Shown here in pieces: positions 28,702-43,229 of a DNA stretch of 64,000 bases. The position numbers and the translations under genes were made by a program. Origin of the DNA: the human T2T-CHM13v2.0 reference genome, Homo sapiens. The stretch is from assembly GCF_009914755.1 (NCBI RefSeq), contig NC_060931.1. The stretch is one strand, 5' to 3'. The stretch's first letter is position 1. Every line of letters starts with the position of its first letter. The notes under the pieces were generated by a model. That model saw nothing but the letters and a program-made list of their open reading frames with translations. It did no database searches and was not told the origin of the DNA.

Positions 28702-31190
28702 GAGAGGGTTATGGTGTCTTCCTGGAGAAGCAACATTTTAATTTTGGCAATGACGCCAAGGAAACCTTCAGTGAAATGGTGACTCTCTAAGAGACTGTTT
28801 ACCATGGAAAAGAGGTTTCCAAAGGAACAACTGAGAGGTGTAACAGCCAGGGAAGACATCAGAAATCAAAGAGGAAGCACCAAGTTTGTAACCACTAGCA
28901 CTCCTTCAGTTCCCTGATGGTAGATTCAAATCATAATGAGTCATGATTGTAGACTCTATTCATAGTGACTAATGAATACCTGGTATTGAAAGTCTCCTCT
29001 CATCACTTTTTTTCCTTTCAAATGGTCTTAACTATTTTCCTACATTTATCTTTAAGATGTATTTTAGAATTTCTTTTTCATGTTTTCCCCTGTTTTCCCC
29101 CAAATTCTTCTGCGATTACAATTGGAATGGCATTTTAATTAACTCGGGAAGATTTGACATGCTATGTCTGCATTTGTTCATGTGCTTTTTAATGACTCAT
29201 TAAACTTTTGATATATTTTTCACCTGCATCCTAAATATCATTGTTGAATTTAGTGAAGATGTTTCAGTATTGTAATGGGATCTTTTCTCTAATATATTTC
29301 TTACTAATTATGTATAGACTGCAGTAAAGCTATACAATTTTCAAATGTTAACTTTATAATATCTAATTATTTTTCAGTATATTCCTTGGATTTTCAGGGT
29401 AAACAATCATACAGTTACATATAATTGTTTGGTAATTTTCTGTAATGAAATGTTTCATAATATTGAAACATTTTGCATTCCTGAAATAAATTGTATGGGC
29501 TAGTGAAACAGCATATAATACTACCAGATGTTTTTAATGCTCCTGGATTCAATTCACAATGGCAAAGGAATTTTTACATCTATATTTTGACAAATCAAAA
29601 TTGAACTAATTCTTTATAGTATCAGGATGATAATGACTTAACAAAGGGATTAGGAAACATCATCTTTGATTATTTTCTACAAAATAGTTTCCAAGGGAAA
29701 CCAAGTGAATTAAGTGTTGTTGGGCCAGCCACTGGCCTGGGCATGAAGGGTTCCATTTTGAAGAACATATGGGAGCATTGACCCTATAAAAGTCATTAGC
29801 CTGGTCCTCAGAAGCTACAAGTAACCCCATCATCCTGATTTCCTTTCTCAGACATCAATTTAGTGATCTCTAAAAATAGAAATAGGTTATCAACCTTCCA
29901 TTGAGATCTGTCAAAATACTGACACTACTCCCAAATGGAAGCCGTACGCTTCAGCAGTTACACTGGAGATCTATATTTTTGTATATCCCATTTATGAATC
30001 ACATTTAAGATTGTTGTAAGCATCTACACCAGCATTATCCAATGGTTGTAATGCAACTTTAAATTCAACCCTAAAATCACACAAATATTAAAATAATGTT
30101 TAAAGAACTATAAACTTTTTCAGTGGGATAGACCCTTTTCTATTTTGCATGTAATTAGTATGCAGACCATCAGGCACTTGCAAAAGCCAGAACTCTAGAT
30201 AAAATCGTATAAACAAAATTAACCTTATTTTGGCTTCAGAACACTAGAATAATATTATTTCAAGGTCGAATGTTATATTTATGCTTAAATGTTTTCTTAA
30301 ATAAACTTCCTGAAGACTGCTCACTAATCTTGCTGTTGAGTACAAACCTCCTCTAAAACTGACAAAACTTTCAGGAAAACATTGATGCACCTCTCCTGTC
30401 TATCATATTTAGAGTTGCCATATAACCAAATAAGGGTGGAAAGAGCTGTACACAGTAGAAAATTTTGACCCTGGGACCTAGACTATTAATCAGTGGTTAA
30501 CCACAAACTGAGCTCTAAACTACAATCCACAGGGATTCCTCACTACAACCTCCTGATTTCACTGGATTTCTTAAGAGTTACCTGATCTGAGGGCCAGATC
30601 AAGCAAAGCCAAACCTTCCATAGCTACAGGAAAACATTTCTTTGGGGTTAGCAGAGTATAACTGGTTTTAAAACATATTATTGTTTCATTTTTTCTTCAA
30701 ATGTGAATAGTTTCAAAATTTTTATCATTACATAATAATGCACATTCATTGTATTATATTAAAGAAAAAAATCAAGCCCAAAGTTACAAGAATACATTAA
30801 AAATGTCCTATAATTCCTCTACCAAAAGGTCACTATTGTTAATATTTTGGTATAGATCTTTACAGATTTCCTATTCAAATAACTTTTCAGAAATGGTTCA
30901 AGCTCATTTGCAATGTAACTAAAACTACTTCTCTTCCAAATAGATATCATGTGATTTTTTAAAAAATACTCAATTTTGTTTATATGGAACTGTTTTCATT
31001 GCACTACCTTATATGAGATGAAAAAATATGTACCTAAATTGTTATATAGAACTCAAAACAATTTTTAAAAAATTATGTAAGCTAGAATTACTTTCATTAG
31101 TCATTGATAATAGTTTATATGTCCAAATAGTGACAGAAAAAGTATTTTATAATTGCATTAAAATGATGAAATTCATAATTTGTTATTCTT

Positions 31191-34100
31191 TTATTATTTT
31201 ATTTATTTTTATTATACTTTAAGTTCTGGGATACATATGCAGAACATGCAGGTTTGTTACATAGGTATACATGTGTCATGGTGGTTTGCTGCATCCATCA
31301 ACCCATCATCTACAGTAGGTATTTCTCCTAATGCTATTCCTCTCCTTTCCCCCGAACTCCTGACAGGCCCCAGTGTGTGTTGTTCCCCTCCCTGTGCCCA
31401 TATGTTCTCATCGTTCAACTCCCACTTACGAGTGAGACCATGCGGTGTTTGGTTTTCTGTTCCTGTGTTAGTTTGCTGAGAATGATGGTTGCCAGCTTCA
31501 TCCATGTCACTGCAAAGCACATGAAACTCATCCTTTTTTATGGCTGCATAGTACTCCATGGTATATACGTGCCACATTTTCCTCATCCAGTCTAACATTG
31601 ATGGGCATTTTGGTTGGTCCCAAGTCTTTGCTATTGTGAATAGTGGTGCAATAAACATATGTGTGCATGTGTCTTTTTAGTAGAATGATTTATAATCTTT
31701 GGATATATACCCAGTAATGGGATTGCTAGGTCAAATGGTATTTCTAGTTCTAGATCCTTGAGGAATCACCACACTGTCTTCCACAATGGTTGAAATAATT
31801 TACACTCCCACCAACAGTGTAAAAGCGTTCCTATTTCTCCACATCCTCTCCAGCATCTGTTGTTTCCTGACTTTTTAATGATCGCCATTCTAACTGGCAT
31901 GAGATGGTATCTCATTGTGGTTTTGATTTGCATTTCTCTAATGACCAGTGATGATGAGCTTTTTTTCATATGTTTATTGGCCACATAAATGTCTTCTTTT
32001 GAGAAGTGTCTGTTCATATCCTTCACCCACTTTTTGATGGGGTTGTTTTGTTCTTGTAAACTTGTTTAAGTTCCTTGTAGATTCTGGATTTAGCCCTTTG
32101 TTAGATGGACAGATTGCAAAAATTTACTCCCATTCTGTAGGTTGTCTGTTCACTCTGATGGTAGTTTCTTTTGCTGTTCAGAAGCTCTTTAGTTTAATTA
32201 GATCCCATTTGTCAATTTTGGCTTTTGGTGCCATTGCTTTTGGTGTTTTATTCATGAAGTCTTTGCCCATGCCTATGTCCTGAATGGTATTGCCTAGGTT
32301 TTCTTCTAGGGTTTTTATGGTTTTAGGTCTTATGTTTAAATATTTAAACTATCTTGAGTTAATTCTTGTATAAGGTGTAAGGAAGGGGTCCAGTTTCAGT
32401 TTTCTGCATATGGCTAGCCAGTTTTCCCAACACTATTTATGAAATAGGGAATCCTTTCCCCATTGCTTGTTTTTGTCAGGTTTGTCAAAGATCAGATGGT
32501 TGTAGATGTGTGGTGTCATTTCTGAGGCCTCTCCTCTGTTCCATTGGTCTATGTATCTGTTTTGGTACCAGTACCATGCTGTTTTGGTTACAGTAGCCTT
32601 GTAGTATGGTTTGGAGTCAGGTAGTGTGATGCCTCCAGCTTTGTTCTTTTTGCTTAGGATTGTCTTGGTTATACGGGCTTCTTTTGGTTTCATATGAAAT
32701 TTAAAGTAGTTTTCTAATTCTGTGAAGAAAGTCAATGGTTCCTTGATGGGAATAGCATTGAATCTATAAATTACTTTGGGCAATATGGCCATTTTCACAA
32801 TATTGATTCTTCCTATCCATAAGCATGGAATGTTTTTCCATTTGTTTGTGTCCTCTCTTATTTCCTTGGGCAGTGGTTTGTAGTTCTCCTTGAAGAGGTT
32901 CTTCATATCCCTTGTAAGTTGGATTCCTAAGTATTTTATTCTCTTTGTAGCAATTGTGAATAGGAGTTCACTCATGATTTAGCACTCTGTTTGTCTATAA
33001 TTGGTGTATAGGAATGCTTGTGATTTTTGCACATTGATCTTGTATCCTGAGATTTTGCTGAAGTTGCTTATCAGCTCGAGGAGTTTTTGGGCTGAGATGA
33101 TGGGGTTTTCTAAAGATACACTCATGTCATCAGCAAACAGAGACAATTTGACTTCCTCTCTTCCTATTTGAATACGCTTTATTTCTTTCTCTTGCCTGAT
33201 TGCCCTGGCCAGAACTTCCAATACTATGTTGAATAAGAGCAGTGAGAGAGGGCATCTTTGTCTTGTGCTGGTTTTCAAAGTGAATGCTTCTAGCTTTTGC
33301 CCATTCAGTATGATACTGGCTGTGGGTTTGTCATAAATAGCTCTTATTATTTTCAGATACATTCCATCAATGCCTAGTTGGGGTTGCTCTTCTTGAAGAG
33401 TTTCTCTGTGGTGTTCTCTGTCTTTCTTGAATTTGAATGTTGGCCTGCCTTGCTAGGTTGGGGAAGTTCTCCTGGATAATATCCTGGAGAGTGTTTTCCA
33501 AGTTGGTTCCATTCTCCCCATCACTTTCAGGTACACCAATCAAATGTAGGCTTGGTCTTTTCACATAGTCCCATATTTCTTGGAGGCTTTGTTCATTCCT
33601 TTTCTTTTCATTCTTTTTTCTCTAATCTTGTCTTCATGCTTTATTTCATTAAGTTGATCTTCAATCTCTGATATGCTTTCTTCTGCTTGATTGATTCGGT
33701 TATTGATACCTGTGTATGCTTCATGAAGTTCTCGTGCTGTGTTTTTCAGCTCCATCGGGTCATTTATGTTCTACTCTAAACTCATTATTTTAGTTAGCAG
33801 TTCCTGTAACCTTTTATCAAGGTTCTTAACTTCTTTGCATTCGGTTAGAACATGCTCCTTTAGCTTGGAGGAGTTTGTCTTTACCCACCTTCTGAAGCCT
33901 ACTTCTGTCAATTTGTCAAACTGATTCTCCATCCAGTTTTGTTCCCTTGCTGGCGAGGAGTTGCGATCGTTTGGAGGAGAAGAGGCATTCTGGTTTTTGG
34001 AATTTTCAGCCTTTTTGTGCTGGCTTTTCCTCATCTTCGTGGATTTACCTACCTTTGGTCTTTGATGTTGGTGACCTTCGGATGGGGTTTTTAGGTGGGT

Positions 34101-35362
34101 GTCCTTTTTGTTGATGTTGATGCTATTGCTTTCTGTTTGTTAGTTTTCCTTCTAACAGTCAGGCCGCTCTTCTGCAAGTCTGCTGGAGTTTGCTAGAGGT
34201 CCACCCCAGGCCCTGTTTACCTGAGTATCACCACCAGAGGCTGCAGAACAGCAAAGATTGCTGCCTGCTCATTCCTCTGGAAGCTTCATCCCAGAGGGGC
34301 ACCTGCCAGATGCCAGCCAGAGCTCTCCTGTATGAGGTGTCTGTCGACCCCTGCTGGAAAATGTCTCCCAGTCACGAGGCACGGGGGTCAGGAACCCACT
34401 TGAGGAGGCAGTCTGTCCCTTAGCAGAGCTCTAGTGCTGTGTTGGGAGATCCTCTGCTCTCTTCGGAGCCAGCAAGCAGGAACGTTTAAGTCTGCTGAAG
34501 CTGCAACCACAGCTGCCCCTTCCCCCAGGTGCTCTGTCCCAGGGAGATGAGAGTTTTATCTATAAGCCCCTGACTAGGGCTGCTGCCTTTCTTTCAGAGA
34601 TGCCCCGCCCAGAGAGGAGGAATCTAGAGAAGCAGACTGGCACTGTGGTGGGTTCTGCATCCAGTTCGAAATTCCCAGCGGTTTTGTTTACACTGTGAGG
34701 GGAAAACTGCCTACTCAAGCCTCAGTAATGGTAGACACCCCTACCCCCACCAAGCTCGAGTGTCCCAGGTCGACTTCAGACTGCAGTGTTGGCAGTGAGA
34801 ATTTCAAGCCAGTGGATCTTAGCTTGTTGGACTCCATGGGGTGGGATCCATTGAGCAAGACCACTCAGCTCTCTGGCTTCAGCCCCGTTTCCAAGGGAGT
34901 GAACAGTTCTGTCTTGCTGGTGTTCCAGGCACTACTGGGGTATGAAAAAAAAGCCTCCTGCAGCTAGCTCAGTGTGTGCCCAAATGGCTGCCCCATTTTG
35001 TGCTTGAAACCCAGGGCCCTGGTGGCGTCGGCACCCAAGGGAATCTCCTGGTCTGCGGGTTGCGAAGACTGGGGTAAAAGCATAGTATCTGGGCTGGATA
35101 GCACCATCCCTCATGGCACAGTCTCTCATGCCTTCCCTTGGCTAGGGGAGGGAGTTCCCTAACCCCTTGTGCTTCCTTGGTGAGGCAACGCCTCACCCTG
35201 CTTCTGCTTGCCCTCCATGGGCTGCACCCACTGTCTAACCAGTCCCAGTGAGATGGACCGGGTACCTCAGTTGGAAATGCAGAAATCACCTGCCTTCTGC
35301 CTTGTTCTCGCTGTGAGCTGCAGACTGGAGCTGTTCCTATTTGGCGATCTTGCCAGCCCCCC
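31191..35362 (-). mobile_element. L1PA7-like LINE-1 with both ends intact but a ~2.3 kb internal deletion
   Basis: 5' UTR start (GGGGGGCTGGCAAGAT on the - strand) at ~35362. ORF1 fragments at 33367-34034, ORF2 RT/C-terminal fragments at 31766-33362, 3' UTR and T-rich tail at ~31191. TSD ATTTGTTATTCTTT (31178-31191) and ATTCGTTATTCATT (35363-35376). Confidence 0.92.
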
Positions 35363-35777
35363 ATTCGTTATTCATTTATAAAGACACCCAAAACATCCTT
35401 ACCAGTACTTTTTCTCCTTCCCTTCCTCTCTTTTTCTACTTCCCAACCTTTCCCCCAATCTCTCTCGGTCCTCCTTTTGTTCTCTAGAGCTAACAACCTG
35501 AGTTTGATTAACTCAGTAATTAAAGCTGATAATTATATGATTTCACTAGGACAACGTTTGTAAAATGTACAAGTAGACTACAAATGTAGCCTCTTTGTTT
35601 GGATGTGTCTGTATATATATATTCATAAAGTAACCATGAATGAAATCACAAGAAATGAACCATATATTTGGGGAGGAAATTTAGTAGCTTGGGGTGAGGA
35701 ACAGAAATAGGAAATAAACTTTTTGTTATATACCCTTTTATAACTTATGCATGATGCTTCTTAAAACCGCTGTTCTC

Positions 35778-36194
35778 TGTGGTGGGAAGATCTATGCACA
35801 CCTACCCCCAAAAGTTCAGGAAGCTGAGAAGCTGAAGGAAGAGGCCAACAAATCCGTTTTCTTAGAAAGAAACATTTAAAAGGGACTTACAAACAGATGC
35901 CATGTCTGTGTCTCAGGTGGCAGCAAAACAAAATGGTGGATCCCTGCACCATTATAACCCCAGACCCAGGGCTTATATGCCATTGGAAAAGGGTGATTCA
36001 GAGGGATGTGTAGGAAGACTGAAGTATGATAACATCAAGGTTGTTTTGACCTAAGGGCAGGATTTATCATAAGTGTGCTCTTACACAAGGAACAATAGAT
36101 AAACTGGAAATCTTACAGACCTTCCTGGGACTGGGGTTAATCAGAAGTCAACATGGCAGATTAGCATCCAAGATGGAGTTACTTTAGCCTTCTA
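35778..36194 (-). mobile_element. ERV solo LTR (LTR47/MER93-like)
   Basis: The - strand begins TAGAAGGCTAAAGTAACTCCATCTTGGATGCTAATCTGCCATGTTGACTTCTGATTAACCCCAG, an LTR 5' end I recognise. Subfamily uncertain. Confidence 0.65.
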
Positions 36195-36524
36195 AGCAAA
36201 AAAAAAAAAAAAAGTCTAAAACTAAATCTACATATATATCTCCAAATATACGAAGTTATTAGTTTAATAGTGCATAGGCAGCTCCCCAGATTCCATAACT
36301 TACTAAGTGCCCAGAGCAACAAAACCACTAAAAGTAACAGTTAGCTTATAAGTCTGCAATGGAAAAAAATTTTTTCTTTTCTCTGAAAATAGTTTTAGTT
36401 GCCATTTTATAGAAGAGTGCCATGACATGTTTAGGGTACCATGTTTGAATCAGTGGCCTGGCAAAGGCACACCAGTGCCTTTCCTATTGTAGTACTATGT
36501 CAAACTGTATGTCAGTGTGCCTGG

Positions 36525-36532
<8 letters not shown>

Positions 36533-36564
<32 letters not shown>
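36533..36564 (+). repeat. (CA)16 microsatellite
   Basis: Perfect dinucleotide run about 265 nt upstream of the terminal-exon acceptor. Confidence 0.95.
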
Positions 36565-36566
<2 letters not shown>

Positions 36567-36768
36567 GACTAGAAGATAAATCATCTGAGACTGTTCCTTA
36601 GTTGCATTGGAGACAGCTGCAATGAGGTAAGAAAAGTGACAAAGTTGAATTTTAACCTTGGTCTTTTTCGAAACATAAGTTATAGCCATTCCTGGTTATG
36701 TAAGTCATAGTCATGCCCTTTTAGCAACATCTGTGTGGCAGAGATGCATGTTCAAGTTTGAGAGTTAG

Positions 36769-37041
<273 letters not shown>

Positions 37042-38835
37042 GCTCCCTGCAGGAGAGCTGAATCTGGAGCTGGAGACGAGCTAGTCACCCGGACAATGGT
37101 CTAGGAGCCAAGCGCTGCACATCGCACACATTTGGGATCGACCACACACACTTGTGCACACCAGCACATGCATGCACACCAGTACACACACAGTTAAATA
37201 ATGATAACACTTCTTACAGCTTTATGAATTCAAGATGTGACCTTGAACACCAGTCCATTTCACAGTGAAAGATATACCTAGAGAAACGTTACTTGAAGCA
37301 TAATTATTAACCAGAACCACTGTGGGCCAGGTATGGCATTGTGATAATAAAGAGAAATATAGACACTTAAAATTATGTGAAAAAAAGGATAATGCTCTTT
37401 CATGTTGTCTTACCATATCTATAGGTACATCAATATTGAAAAGGAGAAAAACCAATGACATTCCACTGGCAAGTAGAAGTTGTCCTTTCATTCTTTACCA
37501 GGAGAAAATGTGATGTTTATGATGGCTTAGGCTTTGTGAATCTAATGCTTATGAAAAACATTTCTTCCTATACTTTTTAAATTTTATTACTGAAAGGAAA
37601 AGAACAGGAATGTTCCACAAGGGAATTTGAAGAGATTCTGTGAGAGAGATATGAAATATTTTATAGTTAAAACACCAATATATTCAACTTTACACTTCTT
37701 GTGTTTTTCATAAACATTCCCTCTTGTCTTATCTGTGTACTTCGATGGGTAACTGCAGTCTGAATTAATGAAATATGTAATTTTAAAGTAAGTAACAAAA
37801 TGTAGTTCCTCATGTATTACTGTACTATGTTTCATTGATGATATTACTTAAATCTTGTGTTTGCCATTACAGCCCTATGTAACTTAAAATTACAATTATA
37901 TTTTATGTAAATATTTTGCAAAGGACTATGCATTCTGAAATGCATAGGTGCTTTTTCCCACCAAGCATTTGCATATGTCCACAAATAGTATTATGTTACT
38001 AGTATCTATATTTTGATTTTCCTGAGCAACTGTATCAAATCCAAATTTAGATTAGACAAAAAATTATTATTTTAATTAAACTGTGGCATACATATAATAC
38101 ATACCTAATTATAGTAGTGAGAACTATTTCTTTTATCTCTTTAGGTTCAAAATGGTGAATTTCTTTATTATATGAATGCTTTGTTGTGAGATAACATCAC
38201 ACTGTTACAATGGATTTTAGAGGTTTGTCTTTTTTGGGTGGGGTGGGAAGCTGAGAGGGTTAATTCAATACATGGCTGAAATTACCAAATGTATAAATAC
38301 CTCATTTTCACTACCATACAAGAAAAAAACACCTATTTTGATTGATCAGTTCTTTTGTATGAATATCCACCTCCTTTAAATACTCTATTTTTATATATAT
38401 TTTTATATGAAGATAAACATGAATTTATATTTAACTGTCTTAAATTATATTTACATAAATGCAAATATCACTTGATATAAACAATACAAATCTGCATCTT
38501 ACAGATGATAATTTTTTTAGAAGAATGATACAGAATTAACTTTAAAAATAAAACTTTTCTAATATACACTTAAATGCAAACATCATTTTTAAATTTTCAG
38601 TGATTTTTTTAATGACATAAAACGTTACCAATGTGTGCAGCCTCTCCATCATGTTTTAACATACTGTATACTCTATAGCAGTATTACAGTCAGTATTTCA
38701 TATAATTTTCTTTAGACCTAACTGTTACCATCTGACTGAGGTTACTCTGGTATTTATCTCTTCGCTGCTGAAATAATAATGGATTTTAGAAACAATTGTA
38801 ATAATATCATTAATAAATGTCTTACTAGTAATAGT
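37042..38835 (+). other. CPED1: CPED1 3' UTR (end approximate)
   Basis: Repeat-free, very AT-rich sequence after the stop. Candidate AATAAA at 37346, 38547 and 38812. One Pumilio-type TGTAAATA at 37906-37913. The true cleavage site cannot be fixed from sequence alone. Confidence 0.65.
38812..38817 (+). terminator. Candidate distal polyadenylation signal of CPED1
   Basis: AATAAA followed about 20 nt later by GT/T-rich sequence (gtctgtgtttgt...ttttattttctttttt). An alternative AATAAA lies at 38547-38552. Confidence 0.55.
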
Positions 38836-41800
38836 CTGTGTTTGTAGAGTATCTTTTATTTTCTTTTTTACTGAAGATGTACATCTATGCAAACAGTGAC
38901 CACTTGGCAGGGATATTATCATGTGGATTCAAGTATTATAGCATGGTTAAACACGATTAACTATATAGTTCCTTCTAAGCCTAATATTCTTTAAGTTTAT
39001 GATCAGATGAACTTCCCACTGTGCAATGACCAAAATGTATGAAGATAATGTATTGTAGTGACAAGCTTTTTAAAAATAATAATAATAAGACACTTACTTA
39101 AATGCTAGGAATCATTTTAATTGCTCCTTAACTGAAACTGCATTTTATTTTACCTAGGTGTATGTGTATGTGTATCCGTGTGCACATGTGTTTGTACATA
39201 TTTAGCAAGTTCTTAATTTCAATGGGAAAAAATGGGAGTAGGCATTTTAACATATTTTTAGGTGTAAAACTTACAGGAAATGTATTATTTTGGTAAGAAT
39301 TTATTAGAATCCAATCCAAACTAAACTAAAGAAAACATTTATAACATTAAAAGTCAATAATAACTGCATAAACATTTCCAAGCATCACTGTTGATCTTGT
39401 GTGTGGGTGGGCGTGTGCGTGTGTGTTTAAAGGCACAGTGTACTATTTGCCAGCCACCCAACTAGGCAGATAAGATCCTGCACAGACATGAAAAAGAAGG
39501 GCTCACATTTGCCTGCTGGTTGGGTTTACATTTGGGTCATTCAATTATCCTTTTGTTATTTGCCCATGTGCCTAGAAGTCTTCTCTACAGAGCAGTGATT
39601 CCTACTTAAGAATGTGTTGGAAGAAATTACTGATTTTTGAGATAGAAATATTTCCCATAATGCTTATGGAGAAAAAAAAACTAATACTATTCTCCAGTTG
39701 AAATGCCTTTTAGTTTCCTTTCGCTGAACAATTCCAAGAAGAAATATAGAAATGGCTCAAAATTATGTAACCAAATAAGAGTTATTTCAAAGCTATAATG
39801 CTTTGGCAGAGCAGGGAGGGGTATCTAATATAGTAGTGAGATTAAGAGCCTAGATAGTTAGTTAATCAGGGTTAGGATCTTATTAAGTATTTTCCTAAGG
39901 GCTCCTCCATGTGAGTAAATGCTGAAACAATCATCTTTATCTAAAATTTATCTGAATTTTTATCTTATAAAAATCCCCCAAATTCACCAAGACCAGTGGC
40001 TATTAATGTATTTAAAATGAACAAAAATGACTGAGTAAGCTTATATAAACTGATAACTTCAAAAATACATGTTCAAGCAGAAAATGATAGCATAGCAGAT
40101 TCCACCATTTTGAGTGGATCAAGGAATAATTACTCTCCAAATGCTACTGTAGTTTTTTTTTTAATGTGTACTTGAAGTTGAAATGATTTTTATTGCTCTT
40201 GGAAACTAAGGCATTTTAATAGATCACTTCAGCCTAAGGGGATGAACCAGAATTTGTCGGGAACCCCCAAAGACCTACTAAAAACAACAGGATATTGCCA
40301 GCACCTACAAACAAGATTTTGTATTTGGCACAACTTCCAAGGTTTCATACTGTCAAAAAGCCTTTTATCATGTTTTTATTGCTGCAGTAACTGCTATTAT
40401 CAACTTCCATATTTCTTTTATGATTCATTCACTTGATGTAGGGGGATGTAGAACTCATTTTTTTCTAATTCATATAGACCATGCAGTCCTCCTAAAATGG
40501 TATTCCATTTGTTTTCTTTATGCTTGCTGAAATGTAAAGAATTTGTTTTATGGCCCTATTAAATGTCAGATCACTATGCTTTAACACACTAGATACATAA
40601 TCAAATATTACGGTGAAAATTTATTAAGAGTATTTAAATTGTGTAAGTCTATTTGAAAGGCAAATAAAAATAATTACTTAAAACCAACTAATAGTAGGGG
40701 CAAAATAAAAACCGTCACTTTTAGAGAAAACACCATAAAAGGATTCCTACAGTGTAATACTATTTAGGTAGCTTAAGTTTTGGATTTGATTTATGTTGCG
40801 TGGTATTTTCTCCCAAGTCTGTAGCATTCTCTGCAGAGGACTTTTTAAAATTTTGTTTTTCAAAGACTTTTTTTCTAGCCCTTTTTGTAATATATCTGGG
40901 AAAAATATTCCATTGTAGATTAGGTTATGAGTAGACATTTAATATCTCTAACCAAGATGTCTTCTTAAGGTGATTTATGTGTAGCATCACATGATTCATT
41001 TTATCATATAAAATAAAAAAATATACTTTGTATAATATGAAAGAGTAATTCCTATGAAATCCATTAAAATGTTTAGATATGTTTTAAAAGCAAAATATTT
41101 ACAATTGATTATTGGTACATAAGAATTCAGAAGTAACATGGTTTCATAAATACAAAATGTATCCAATTGATTCTCAACTATATAGTGACTTATTTTATGG
41201 TTGGCTGGTGAAATGCAGCTATTTGATGTAGCTTTTGGGGCTACGCTACACAGTTTAATGATGGTATGCAATTTATTTATATATTTTGTTCAATTGTATT
41301 TCCACTTTCTTTTTTATAATAAAACCTGTTCAAAATATGCAGATTGAAATCTCAGTGTATGCCATCCAGGTAAACATTTTAATTTTCTTTCCAGTCTCAA
41401 ATTTTTATTTGGTCTATAATTGGTATGCCTTTAAAATTAAATCATAAATTTGAATATTAGAAAAAAATTTAAGGACACTAAAATGAAACAACCATATGTT
41501 GTAACTTGTAATATAACCATGTATCCACTAATCTCCACTTAGGTATAAGAGGTTGTTTGGTTTCCAGTAGATCTTTTTTACGTTAATAGCTGGATATCTG
41601 GGGTTCAGAATTCTTGTGTCCGTTTTCAATAAATACACAGAAATAAGAGTGCAAAATGCCAACACTGAATGCAGTGCAGCCGAGGATAGTCCATGAGGTA
41701 CATCATGGTCTGTGCAGGATTGAAAGGAAGCTACAGCATAGGCCTTCACACCAGCGGAAGCTCTTCTCCACTGGGTTTGGGGATGGATACATAAGAGCAC

Positions 41801-43169
41801 CTTCTAGCTACCTTTGACAGCTCTTGGACATCTCTTCAACCTCTTCTTAGTATGAATCACATTGGAGGGTCCAATTTCCAAAGAAAAAGGAAATAATAAT
41901 TTTAAGTCTTTAGTGGACCAAAAATTATAACCTAGATTAACCAAATAGCAAGTGAATGTGACTCTAATGATATTTTCTGAGTTAAAAATCAGGAAAAATA
42001 GAAAATGTGCTCTAATCATCAATATAGTATATCCTCAAGAACTTGAAATAGAAACCCATTTTTTACTAAATTGATTTTTTCACCGAAGGGCTTACTCATC
42101 TACTGTGATCATTCCTGCTTGTCCTTACCTTTGCCTTTGAAATGGAACTTATGCAGTATTTTTCTGTGTGCATTTAATATGTAATACAAGATACATTTTA
42201 AAGCTTACATTTTTATGTTCTCCTTCTTGCCTTAATTACATGTAACATGAAGCTTATGTTTTAATGGGCACAGGCTCTCCAGTTTTACAGTATCATAAAA
42301 AGAGTTTATGAGCCTTTTGTTAAAAATCAGTGCCTATGTCATTGGCAGGGCATGGAATTATTTGCAACTACTTCTTCTACTTATAAGATAAAATTTGGTC
42401 TGAATTAAAAATATTATGAGAGAAAACTGAAACAATGCCTTTGCAGCCCAGAATGAGTTTAGTCATCAAATGGCACAAATTTGGGTCCATCAGTTTCCAC
42501 TACATGTGCATACCCACAGGGGAAAACCTGATCTCTGTTCACACTTGCCTCTATAGAATACCCATTTCAATGTTCATATTAGTTATGCAAAATCACTGGC
42601 ATGTTTTTAAAAGGGTGTGGATACACCCTTAGCTCAAGTTACTCCTGCCAAGAACAGGAATTATTTCAATAGGATGGAGTTTCCAGAGCCATGCTATTGG
42701 TAAACAGCCGGAAGTCTCTCTTGGCCACCTATCCTATAAATAAATTGATACCTTCTGTGAATTATTTATGGATTCTGAGATGAGGCTGATACAGACATTG
42801 CATCTCAGATTCTTATTTCCCAGAAGAATGGACAATCACAAAGTGGGTGATTGGCTTACATGGTGTTTTTCTCTTTCCTGGGGTCATCATAAGTCTTTGA
42901 AGTACTGAGCTTCTTGAAGTCGATTTCTCTTCCAATGGAAGCATCCCTGGGAGGGATGCTTGTCAAATACAGTGAAAATAAATGCCTTCCCTTCACCACT
43001 GATCATGGACTTGTTATGCTGCCTCTGCAGACAAGAAAGTCAAAACTGTTGGGTCAAAGCCAAACCTTCCCTGGTTTGTGTCTGGGCAGAGTGTGTGTCA
43101 AATAAAAGACTTGAAAACAGGAATTCTGGATTATTTTCAAATAAAAACTCATCCATACTGTATAAATAC

Positions 43170-43229
43170 GTGTGTGTGTGTGTGTGTGTATGTATAGATA
43201 AAATGTATGCACACACACATACACACACA
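43170..43229. repeat. (TG)n followed by (CA)n, inverted microsatellite pair
   Basis: gtgtgtgtgtgtgtgtgtgtatgta...tatgcacacacacatacacacaca seen directly. Confidence 0.85.

Noticed and set aside
31766-34034. L1 ORF1/ORF2 fragments as an active or fused protein
   Set aside because: They are fragmented by stops and frameshifts, the endonuclease is deleted, and the deletion junction is out of frame.
43170-43229. (TG)n...(CA)n hairpin as a structured RNA or miRNA
   Set aside because: Pairing comes from low-complexity microsatellite arms, a common genomic pattern.
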